The notes beneath the pieces were generated by a model that worked only from the letters and a program-made list of their open reading frames with translations, did no database searches and had not been told where the DNA came from. Of a stretch of DNA of 64,000 nucleotides, positions 16,320 to 24,460 are shown one piece after another. The stretch lies in the NCBI GenBank assembly GCA_017514235.1, contig JAFWKK010000003.1:119905-183904 (forward strand), in the 5' to 3' direction. Source of the DNA: Kiritimatiellia bacterium. GTDB taxonomy: Bacteria; Verrucomicrobiota; Kiritimatiellia; RFP12; UBA1067. The position numbers and the translations under genes are program-made. Numbering within the stretch: the first letter of the stretch is position 1; each line of letters begins with the position of its first letter.

Positions 16320-17592
16320 GGTTGATCCAGAGCCCTAGCGCGGGATTGGGAATGAAGTATATCTCCTCGCCGTCGACTGTGTTGTAGCCATACTTCAACT
16401 TCGCCGGGTCGTACTTCGCGGCCATCTCGTCATAGTCCGCCGACTTGAAGCCCACGCCCTCGACTTCCTCACGCGTGATGTTCTTCACGCAATAGGTGAT
16501 CTCGAAGCGTCCGTCGGACGAACCGTGAATGAGGTGCGCCGCCGCGCCCATGTTCGCGCGCAAGTCGTCCGCATCTTCGCGCCGGAACACCTCCAGCGTA
16601 TGAAGACGGCCTCGATAGCCGTACTTGCGTATCAGCCCGTCCACCGTCATGTCCTCGCCGAACTGACGGACGCCAGGCGCGAGAATGATCAGCTCGCCGC
16701 CGTCCGCCATCGCCATGCGAGTGCGATAGATGGCCTTGTTGCCCAGCCAGGTGGAGGTGAACTCCGACGGGTCGAGGTAGACGACGCACTTCCTTATCCC
16801 GTGCTCCACGTAGTCTATGTTCTTCTCCTGGGCGAGCTTGACCGCCTCGGTGAGGCAGTTGCGGCCTTCGCCTATGAAGATGCCGTGGGAGCGTATCTTC
16901 CCTCCTGGCGCGGTGTTTACGGTCAGCACCCATAGGATAGGACGGTCGGCCATGTAGTGCTCGAACGCATAGTCGAAGAGCTGCCGCACCGGCGTATGGT
17001 CTCGTCCCATCGCCTTCTCCATGCCGCAGACGGCGCCGATCATGTGCGACTTGTTGATCATGTCGCTGCCGCCTGTGCCGACGAAGATGTTCTTGGCGTG
17101 GTTGGCCATGCCGATCACCTCGTGCGGCACGACCTGCCCGGGTGAGACGATCAGGTCGTATTTCTCGTCCATGAGCCGGCGGTTGACCTCCACGGAAACC
17201 GGGTCCTTCCACAGCCCTTCCGATATCTTCTCCACTGCATCGGACGGCACCTCGCCGAGGCGCACGACGTCGGTGCGCCAGTTATGGACGATCATCTTGC
17301 CGTAGGGTATGTCGCCGAACATCGTCTTCCATTGCGATTCCGAGACCGGAACGTGGGTGCCGAGGGCGGGCAGAACGTCCACCGCCGCGCCTTTAGCAGT
17401 CAGCAGGCGGTAGAAGACCTGCGTGATAAAACCGGCGTTAGAGTGAAAGCGAGTGAAGTCCGGCGGTATGACTAGCGCATTGCGCACCTTGCCGCGTCGC
17501 GCCTCCCAGTCAGTCAGCGCCTGTTCAAGCAGCGCGGCAATTTCGTCGTTGGAAATTCCGCTCTCGTCGCTTGCAATCCTGAAGATGTCCAT
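16300..17592 (-). CDS. LarA-like (lactate racemase domain, DUF2088) protein, substrate unknown
   Basis: The 430-aa protein carries the PPDFTRFHS motif and a His-rich core typical of LarA-superfamily 2-hydroxyacid racemases/epimerases. A GGAGG Shine-Dalgarno lies upstream. Confidence 0.65.
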   Translation of the reverse strand: MDIFRIASDESGISNDEIAALLEQALTDWEARRGKVRNALVIPPDFTRFHSNAGFITQVFYRLLTAKGAAVDVLPALGTHVPVSESQWKTMFGDIPYGKMIVHNWRTDVVRLGEVPSDAVEKISEGLWKDPVSVEVNRRLMDEKYDLIVSPGQVVPHEVIGMANHAKNIFVGTGGSDMINKSHMIGAVCGMEKAMGRDHTPVRQLFDYAFEHYMADRPILWVLTVNTAPGGKIRSHGIFIGEGRNCLTEAVKLAQEKNIDYVEHGIRKCVVYLDPSEFTSTWLGNKAIYRTRMAMADGGELIILAPGVRQFGEDMTVDGLIRKYGYRGRLHTLEVFRREDADDLRANMGAAAHLIHGSSDGRFEITYCVKNITREEVEGVGFKSADYDEMAAKYDPAKLKYGYNTVDGEEIYFIPNPALGLWINREKFNA

Positions 17593-17648
17593 GTCGTTCT
17601 GCCTCCGCCATGAATTGTATCACATTGTATGGCAAAAAATCATTGCCG

Positions 17649-18575
17649 TCAGCGCTCAATTTCCTTGCTGAATCCGGCGCCATGCTCGGTGAAGTCGAAC
17701 ACCTGGCCGTCCTTCAGCTCGACAAACTGGATGATGCCGTTGATAGGAAGCTTCTCTTTCTTGCACAGCCTGCCTATCCAGTTGGACGTGAAGCACCAGG
17801 CGAAGCGCACCGCGCCGTCCTTGCCGCCTGGAACCACGTCGATTCCATGGTTCCAGCCGAACCTGTACTTGGCGACGACCTTGAAGGTGTCCTTGTCATG
17901 CACGACTACGTTCGGCGTCCTGGCGGCCTCGTCGTGGGTATAGTGGCTGGAGTAGATGTACTTGCCGTCGGTCGTCATGTTCTGCGAGCCGCAGTCCGAA
18001 TCGTCGCCGTGATCCACGAAGAACGGCTCGCCGACCTGTTCCAGCGTCTCGGCCTTGAACTTGCAGTACCAGCACTTGCGGCCGCTCTTCTTCACGGGAT
18101 CGTACTTGCCGGTCGCGCCCATGGCGAGGTAGATCACGCCGTCGAGGACGGTGATTCCGTCAACGCCGGCGTCCAGCGACTTGACCTTCTGGGTCTTGAG
18201 AAGCTCCAGCGTGTCGGCGTCGTACATGTAGATTGCGCCGCACCACTTTTCGCCCTTCTCCTTGGGCTTTAGCCACACGCCCGTGTAGAGCTTGCCGTTC
18301 CAGATGCAGATGTCTCCGCCGTGGGGATCCGTCGGCGTGCGGTCGAGGAGCCGCCCGTACCAGTCGGTCTTCACAATCTGGTCGTGGAACGAGAAGTATA
18401 TGGCGTTCGAGCTGACGCACATGCCCTGAACGTGTCCGCACCAGTTCTTCGTCTGGCCGTACTGCTCCTGTATGGCGCCCGGCTCCGTGACGATGGTCGT
18501 CCAGTTCGGCACCTTCCACGCGAACGCAGTGCCGGCCGTCAGCAATCCGCAGACAACTGCAATCAAGTTCTTCAT
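17649..18575 (-). CDS. Secreted protein of unknown function, tandem paralog A
   Basis: It has a signal peptide (MKNLIAVVCGLLTAGTAFA). I estimate about 50% identity by eye to the neighbouring ORF, with shared blocks WCGHVQGMC, QIVKTDW.GRLL, QNMTTDGKYIY, VDVVPGGKDGAVRF. Confidence 0.75.
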   Translation of the reverse strand: MKNLIAVVCGLLTAGTAFAWKVPNWTTIVTEPGAIQEQYGQTKNWCGHVQGMCVSSNAIYFSFHDQIVKTDWYGRLLDRTPTDPHGGDICIWNGKLYTGVWLKPKEKGEKWCGAIYMYDADTLELLKTQKVKSLDAGVDGITVLDGVIYLAMGATGKYDPVKKSGRKCWYCKFKAETLEQVGEPFFVDHGDDSDCGSQNMTTDGKYIYSSHYTHDEAARTPNVVVHDKDTFKVVAKYRFGWNHGIDVVPGGKDGAVRFAWCFTSNWIGRLCKKEKLPINGIIQFVELKDGQVFDFTEHGAGFSKEIER

Positions 18576-18606
18576 GTTATCCTTTCATCTAGGTGCATGC
18601 GCCGCC

Positions 18607-19482
18607 TTACCGGTCGAGGGGCTTGCGGAAGATGCAGTGGCGGGAGATGTCGCGTATCTTGCCGCCCTTCAGCTCGGCGAACTGGATAAGCCCCTGGACC
18701 GGAACCGAGCACTTTGTGCTGCCGCCGATCCAGTTGATCGTGGTGCAGTAGACGAACCGCACCGCACCGTCCTTGCCGCCTGGCACGACGTCAACGCCCT
18801 GCCTCCAGCCGAAAAGATGCGCGCCCTTCACGTTCATGTCCCTGTCGAACATGATGAAGCACGGGGTGTCGGCTGTCTCGTCGGGACAGTAGTAGTTGGC
18901 GTATATGTACTTGCCGTCCGTCGTCATGTTCTGGACGCCTGCGCTGCAGTCGAAACCGTGGTCGAGGCGGAACGGCTCGCAGAGCGGCTCCAGCGTCACG
19001 GCGTCGAACTTGCCGTACCAGTTTCCGCGATACGGCTGCTCCTTCGTGCCGGCCGGTCCCAGCCCCACGTACAGTACGCCGTCAAGGCACGTGATGCCGT
19101 CGGCCGGCCGCGCAAACGGCCGTTCCATTATGAAGTTCAAATCCTCGTCGAACACCTGTATGCGCCCGCGTCCCTCGCCGGTGTCGGAATGGCACACCGC
19201 CGTGTAGAGCCGGCCGTTCCATAGGCAGATGTCGCCTGTGTGGCGCACAACCTCCACGCGCTTCAAGAGGCGCCCGAGCCAGTCCGTCTTGACGATCTGC
19301 GTGTGATAGGCGAAGTAGAGGGCGTTGGAGTTGGCGCACATGCCCTGCACGTGGCCGCACCATGTCTTGCCCACGAACTCCTTCACCGCGCCGACTTCGG
19401 TAAGGCGCGGATCCCAGCTCGGCACCTCCCATGCCAACGCCGTTCCTGCCGCAAGCGTTGCGATGACAACCAGCCTCTTCAC
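18607..19482 (-). CDS. Secreted protein of unknown function, tandem paralog B
   Basis: It has a GTG start with a GGGAGGAA Shine-Dalgarno, beginning 12 nt after the stop of the upstream coiled-coil gene. It has a signal peptide and the same conserved blocks as 17649-18575. Confidence 0.75.
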   Translation of the reverse strand: MKRLVVIATLAAGTALAWEVPSWDPRLTEVGAVKEFVGKTWCGHVQGMCANSNALYFAYHTQIVKTDWLGRLLKRVEVVRHTGDICLWNGRLYTAVCHSDTGEGRGRIQVFDEDLNFIMERPFARPADGITCLDGVLYVGLGPAGTKEQPYRGNWYGKFDAVTLEPLCEPFRLDHGFDCSAGVQNMTTDGKYIYANYYCPDETADTPCFIMFDRDMNVKGAHLFGWRQGVDVVPGGKDGAVRFVYCTTINWIGGSTKCSVPVQGLIQFAELKGGKIRDISRHCIFRKPLDR

Positions 19483-19494
19483 GTCGTTCCTCCC

Positions 19495-20484
19495 TTATTC
19501 GCCGTCCGGTTCCTCGGCCTTGTCCGCCTTCGGATCGCCCTTGCCGGGATTGTCTGGGCGGAACTCCCAGTCCGGATAGAGGGTCTTCAGCGTCGCACGG
19601 TAGTATTCGGCGTCGATCACGCGGTCCTCCTTGAGCGCCAGGACATACAATGACTCAAGCGACCCGACAACCGCCGAGCGCACGTCCGACGCCTCCTTCG
19701 CGAACGCCTCGTCCACCAGACGCTGTTCGCGCGCGAGCTTGCGAGACTCGCGAGGGATCGAGCGGTCGGTCTCAGGGTCGTAGGCAACCTTCACCTGCTT
19801 CTTGACGTTGCCGTCCGCGTCGATGATGGTGTCTTCCTGTCCGCCGGCCCATGAGAGGTCGGCCACGGTCTTTTCCGGCTTAAGGGCACGTTCGCGCTCC
19901 TCAAGGTCGGCCTTCCATTCGGCGAGGTCGCGGGCCAGCGTCTCGAAATCGACCTTGTGGAGTTCCAGAAGCTTTGCCTCCGCTATGACCTTGTCGGCCT
20001 TCAGCTTTTCAGCTGCAAGCTTCGCCTCCTCGGCCTCCGCCTTGGAAGCCTCTGCCGCGGCATTCTCGCGGGCGGTTTCCTGCTCCGCCTTGGCGGCCTC
20101 GGCCTTCGCCTTCGCTTCGTCTCGCACCGCCTTGGCGGCCTCGGCCTTCGCGCGCTCCGCCTTCGCGTTCTCCTCGGCTGCGGCCTTCTTGTCGGCTGCG
20201 GCCTGGGCCTCCAGCTCCGCCGTGCTGTGCGCAGACTTCTCCGCCTCCAGCGCGTCGGCCTGCGCCTTTGCATTGGACTCCGCCGCACGGCGCTTCTCGG
20301 TCTCGGCAGCAGCCGCCTTCTCCGCCGCGCGCGCCTTCGCGGAAGCGGCATCGGCCCGCGCCGCTTCCGCGTCGGCCTCGGCCCTGGCAATCGCCGCCTT
20401 CTTGCTGAACACGACGGTCCCGGAGACCCCGGCGGCGATCACGGCGACGCATACGGCGATAATTGAGATTGTCTTGGGATTCAT
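19495..20484 (-). CDS. N-terminally membrane-anchored Ala/Glu/Lys-rich coiled-coil protein with a globular C-terminal domain
   Basis: The start is taken at MNPKTISIIAVCVAVIAAGV (ATG 20484, AAAGGAG Shine-Dalgarno). It has a ~170-aa low-complexity A/E/K helix followed by a non-repetitive ~140-aa domain. Confidence 0.7.
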   Translation of the reverse strand: MNPKTISIIAVCVAVIAAGVSGTVVFSKKAAIARAEADAEAARADAASAKARAAEKAAAAETEKRRAAESNAKAQADALEAEKSAHSTAELEAQAAADKKAAAEENAKAERAKAEAAKAVRDEAKAKAEAAKAEQETARENAAAEASKAEAEEAKLAAEKLKADKVIAEAKLLELHKVDFETLARDLAEWKADLEERERALKPEKTVADLSWAGGQEDTIIDADGNVKKQVKVAYDPETDRSIPRESRKLAREQRLVDEAFAKEASDVRSAVVGSLESLYVLALKEDRVIDAEYYRATLKTLYPDWEFRPDNPGKGDPKADKAEEPDGE

Positions 20485-20513
20485 CGGAGAACTCCTTTGG
20501 ACGAGGGAGCGTG

Positions 20514-20670
20514 ATGACATGAGAGGCATGGGGGGCATGAGAGGCGCGAGACGGAGATGGCGTGAGGGACGTGGGGGGCGAGAGAGACGCGAGGGCTCTC
20601 GCCTCTCATGTCTCTCACGTCCCTCATGTCATTGACCCTCTCGCCTCTCATGTCTCTCGCGCCCCTCCCG
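20514..20670 (-). repeat. Palindromic array of about seventeen 9-nt units (CATGAGAGG / CATGGGGGG and complements) between the secretin stop and the next Shine-Dalgarno
   Basis: Read directly. There is 9-nt periodicity, with inverted repeats at 20563-20573/20616-20626, 20582-20588/20610-20616, 20589-20593/20598-20602 and 20514-20523/20624-20633. Confidence 0.85.
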
Positions 20671-23600
20671 TCATTCTTCAAACTTCGTCGCAGCCGCAGG
20701 CTTCTCCTCGGCCTCAGGCTCGGGCTTTACTTCTGCAACAGGCTCTTGCTTTACCTCGGCAACGGGTTCAGGCTTTACTTCTGCAACAGGCTCGGGCTTT
20801 ACCTCAGCAACTGGCTCAGGCTTCACCTCGGCAACTGGCTCGGGCTTTACCTCAGCCACTGGCTCCGGCTTTGCCTCGGCCTCCGGCTTCTCGTCATCGG
20901 CCTTAGCCTTTTCAGCTTTCTCGGCATCGAGCTTTGCGCGCTCGTTGTCGCTGTGCGTAAGCTCCTCGTTAGCCTTGATCTCCTTCTCGGCCTCAGCAAG
21001 CTTCTTAGCCCTAATATCTTCGGCGAGCTTCTTGAGCTCCTCCTGACTTTCCTTGTCGAGCATCTTCTCCTCAAGTTCCTTCTGCTTCTCCTCCTCCAGC
21101 TCTTCCTTGTGCATCTTGAGCCAGAGATCACGCTCTTCCTTCGAGAGAGTCTGTAGCTTCTTGGCGCGCTCCACCTTCTCCTTCTCGATGGCAATCTTGG
21201 TCTTGCGCTCCTCATCCTGCTTCTTCCACTCGTCCTTCAAGCGCCTGAGCTGCTCGCGCTTGCTGACGGGATCGGCCAACTTCGACGCGGACCACCCGTG
21301 GTCATCCCACGGTCTCGGGTCGGACAGCGTCTTCTTGCGGCGAATCGCCTCCGCCTGCGCCACTTGCGCGTCATCAAGCACATAAGGCGTGAGGAAGATC
21401 ATCAGTTCCTTGCGGCTCTCATTGTTCTTCACCGTCCCGAAAAGCCATTTGCCGATGAAGGGTATGTCCTTTAAGAAAGGAATGCCCTTCTCGTACTCCG
21501 ACTTGACCGTCTCGACAAGACCGGCAAAGACCACGGTCTGACCGTCCTCAAGCAGCACGTCGGCAGTCATCTTGCGCTCGACGGCGATATCAACGTCCTG
21601 CGGAATGTACTGTCCGTTCTGCGGAACAAGCATCGACTGGCCGCCATAGTTCACCTGCGAATACTCCTCTTCCACCGTCAGCATGACCGTGCCGTTGGGG
21701 TTGATCTTCGGGGTGATCTTGAGCTTAATGCCGATGTCCTTGGCAGTGTAGTTCGGCGTCGGCTGGCCACTGTTGCCGTAGCTGCCCGACTGAGCCGACC
21801 AGCCAGTAATGAACTGCCTGTTCTCGGTGGCGTCGATCGTAGCCTCCTTGTTATCCACCGTCATGACAACTGGCGACGCTACGTACTTGGTGCGGTTGTC
21901 AGTCTTCGCTGCCTGGAGAATCGTAGAAAGCCCCAGCCTATCGGAGTCGAAGACGAACGAAAACGCCTGTCCGAATACGTTCGATACGACACCAGCGGCG
22001 ATGTCATGCGCCTGCGAACCGCCGTAACTGCCGCCGCCGAGCGCAGCTGCCGCACCGCCGCCGTAATACGCCATTGCGCCGTCACGGGCCACAGCAGCCA
22101 TCGTAGCAGCAACACTGCTGGCTTTCTCGCTTACGGTCTTTGTCCAGGTGTCATTCCCGGTGCCGGTCGTAGTCGTGTTTTCGTAGGAGAAGGTTGACGG
22201 CACAAGCTCGCCGATAAGTGAAGTGGAAGTCTGCGATTTGCCTTGGTTGTCTCCTGTGCCGGTCCATGTGGTCGTGCGCTCTTTGAAAAACATGTTCTGC
22301 GGAACAAGATTTCCGTTCTCGTCAATGGTATGACCGTTCGTCACTGGCTTGGTAATCTTCTGGCGGCCCTTCTGCACCCAGTCCATGCCGGTCTCGATGC
22401 CGTCGCCAAGGCCCACCACGATGATGACCGTCTCGATAAGCACCTGCGAGAGCTTGATGTCCATCGACTCGATGATCTGCTCCAGCGTCGGCACAAGCTC
22501 CTTCTGCGTCATGACGACGAGACCGTTGATGCGCTTGTCATGGAGGACGGTGGTGTTCTCCTTCGAAAGCTCGCCGGCCTTGACGTCTCCGGTGCGCTGG
22601 TTGGCCGACTTCTTCGCGGCGGACGTGCCGCCTGTAGGCGTGTTGCGCGTAAGGTTGCCGCCCGACCCCTGCTTGGCGTTCTGGTTCTGGTTCGCCTTGC
22701 TGGACCCCTTTGACGACGGCGCGTTGCCGATGAGGTCGTTGATCATGTCGGAGACATCCTCCGCAAGGGCGTACTTGAGGCGGTACACCTTTACGACTGT
22801 GTCGGGAGTGGTCTCCACGTCGAGCTGCTCGATGACCTTGTCGAAGAAGTCCATGTTCGACTTCATCGTGACGATGATAAGCTTGTTCGACCGCTCGTCG
22901 GCGAGAATCAGCACCTTGCCGCGTATCATGCCGCGGTCCGCGTCGGAGACGTTCATCACGAGCGACTGGTTGCTCGCCGACGCGGCGGCGGGCTGGTTGC
23001 CGTTCTGGCCCGGGCGGCGCAGCATGCTGCCCAGGAGCGGCGGACGCGGAGCGTTGTTCTGCTGCTGCGCCTGGTTCTGGTTCACGGCCTTGCCGTTCTT
23101 CTCCTGCTCTTTCTGCGACTCCTGCACGATCGCCTCGAGCGCCATCTTGATGTCCTGGGCCGAGGCGTTCTTCACCTGGCGCACGAACACGTTCTCGAGG
23201 ACCGGCGTCGCCACGTCGACCGCTCTCGCGATCTCGAGCATGCGGTTGATGTTCTGCTCCGTATCGGTGACGAGAATCGAGTTGGTGCGCTCGAACACGA
23301 GCAGCACGCCGTCGTTGGACTTAAGCCCCTCCAGCACCTTCTGCGCCTCGTCGGTGGCGATGTTCTTGAACGGAATCATCATCGACACGGTGCGGCTCGT
23401 CTCGCCGACCTTCGTCTCCGAGTCCATGATGAGCGGAATGCCGCCCTTGCGCACGTCCTTGCGGGGCAGCGCGCGCACGAAGCTCTCGCCGTATGGCTCG
23501 AGATGAACGCCGTTCATCTCAAGGATCGTCTCTATGGCCTGGATGTATTCCTCGTCGGTGAGCTTCTGCCCGGCACGCGTCTTCAGCGTGATTGTCGCGC

Positions 23601-23901
23601 TCGGGCAGGCAGGGTCCTTGAGAACGGTCTTGCCGACGCGCTCGCCATACGCCTGCAGCACGATGTCAACGGGCGCGGCGTCCCAGTTCAGCGCCGACGG
23701 GTCGGCGTTCTCGTCCGCAGCCTCGGAGGAATCGGAAGAGTCCGAAGCGGCGGAACGAGACGAACGAGACGAGCGCGACTCGGACGACCTGTTGCGGTCG
23801 CGGCTTCGGCGCAGAAGCGACTGCGCCGAAGCCGATTCGGCCATGACGGCGGCAAGCGCAAGCACCGCGACTATGACATATAAGCCTCTCATGTCTCTCA
23901 T
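20671..23901 (-). CDS. Secretin (GspD/PilQ family) with a long charged C-terminal extension
   Basis: The 1076-aa protein has a signal peptide, secretin-N-type repeats and a secretin core ending in ELMIFLTPYVLDD. This is followed by a ~232-aa E/K-rich helical tail ending in (KPEPVAEV)x6. Confidence 0.85.
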   Translation of the reverse strand: MRDMRGLYVIVAVLALAAVMAESASAQSLLRRSRDRNRSSESRSSRSSRSAASDSSDSSEAADENADPSALNWDAAPVDIVLQAYGERVGKTVLKDPACPSATITLKTRAGQKLTDEEYIQAIETILEMNGVHLEPYGESFVRALPRKDVRKGGIPLIMDSETKVGETSRTVSMMIPFKNIATDEAQKVLEGLKSNDGVLLVFERTNSILVTDTEQNINRMLEIARAVDVATPVLENVFVRQVKNASAQDIKMALEAIVQESQKEQEKNGKAVNQNQAQQQNNAPRPPLLGSMLRRPGQNGNQPAAASASNQSLVMNVSDADRGMIRGKVLILADERSNKLIIVTMKSNMDFFDKVIEQLDVETTPDTVVKVYRLKYALAEDVSDMINDLIGNAPSSKGSSKANQNQNAKQGSGGNLTRNTPTGGTSAAKKSANQRTGDVKAGELSKENTTVLHDKRINGLVVMTQKELVPTLEQIIESMDIKLSQVLIETVIIVVGLGDGIETGMDWVQKGRQKITKPVTNGHTIDENGNLVPQNMFFKERTTTWTGTGDNQGKSQTSTSLIGELVPSTFSYENTTTTGTGNDTWTKTVSEKASSVAATMAAVARDGAMAYYGGGAAAALGGGSYGGSQAHDIAAGVVSNVFGQAFSFVFDSDRLGLSTILQAAKTDNRTKYVASPVVMTVDNKEATIDATENRQFITGWSAQSGSYGNSGQPTPNYTAKDIGIKLKITPKINPNGTVMLTVEEEYSQVNYGGQSMLVPQNGQYIPQDVDIAVERKMTADVLLEDGQTVVFAGLVETVKSEYEKGIPFLKDIPFIGKWLFGTVKNNESRKELMIFLTPYVLDDAQVAQAEAIRRKKTLSDPRPWDDHGWSASKLADPVSKREQLRRLKDEWKKQDEERKTKIAIEKEKVERAKKLQTLSKEERDLWLKMHKEELEEEKQKELEEKMLDKESQEELKKLAEDIRAKKLAEAEKEIKANEELTHSDNERAKLDAEKAEKAKADDEKPEAEAKPEPVAEVKPEPVAEVKPEPVAEVKPEPVAEVKPEPVAEVKQEPVAEVKPEPEAEEKPAAATKFEE
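20724..20891 (-). repeat. In-frame 24-bp tandem repeat (about 7 units) encoding KPEPVAEV repeats at the secretin C-terminus
   Basis: The units begin at 20724, 20748, 20772, 20796, 20820, 20844 and 20868. They differ mainly at wobble positions. Confidence 0.9.
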
Positions 23902-23917
23902 GTCCTCTCTCCCTTCA

Positions 23918-24460
23918 CTAGTTCTCCCTCATGTAGGCGCAATTGAGCGTGAAATCAATGTTGAGATAGCCCGCCTTGCGGCTGGGCCTGGCCCTGAGCT
24001 GGGTGATGCTGAACATGCCGTCGTCGGTGTTCTCCAGCTCGTGCATGAACTTGACAAGCGCTTCAAGCGAACCCTCGCAGCCGGTCACCTTAACGGGCAG
24101 CTCCTTCACGTCATCGGCATCGACCTCCGCCTCGGCCTGGTGCTGCCCGAGCAGTATCAGGTTGCGCTGCGCGATCTCCTCCATCTTGCGCAGCCACGCG
24201 GTATCCGTCGACTTGCCGGCGTCGAACGTCGGCATCTGGGCCTTCTCGGCCTCGTACGCCTCCTCCCATTTCGACTTCTCGCCTATGAGCTTGCGCTCGC
24301 GGACGCATGTCTTGGCCGCCTCCTCGTACTTGCGCTGCGCCGTCTTCCACGCGCGTTCGGAGTACATGAACCAGACGCCGACAGCCGCCGCGTACAGCAC
24401 GACGACCGTTCCGACGGCAAGAACCGCCTTCTCCTTCAGGCCCATCGCGCTCATTGCCAC
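23918..24460 (-). CDS. PilO/GspM-like pilus or secretion assembly protein
   Basis: The 180-aa protein has a single N-terminal TM (AVLAVGTVVVLYAAAVGVWF), a coiled coil and a small C-terminal domain. It sits between the PilM/N-like gene and the secretin. Confidence 0.55.
   Translation of the reverse strand: MAMSAMGLKEKAVLAVGTVVVLYAAAVGVWFMYSERAWKTAQRKYEEAAKTCVRERKLIGEKSKWEEAYEAEKAQMPTFDAGKSTDTAWLRKMEEIAQRNLILLGQHQAEAEVDADDVKELPVKVTGCEGSLEALVKFMHELENTDDGMFSITQLRARPSRKAGYLNIDFTLNCAYMREN

Noticed and set aside
19802-20635. 277-aa plus-strand Ser/Ala-rich ORF and several Arg-rich ORFs overlapping the A/E/K coiled-coil gene
   Set aside because: These are alternative-frame readings of a low-complexity GCN/GAR/AAG repeat region. 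Only the minus-strand frame has a Shine-Dalgarno, a TM anchor and a non-repetitive C-terminal domain.
20724-20891. Regular 24-bp tandem repeats that could look like a CRISPR-type or minisatellite array
   Set aside because: There are no spacers. The units are contiguous, in frame, and encode KPEPVAEV inside the secretin ORF. Variation is mostly synonymous, so this is a coding repeat.
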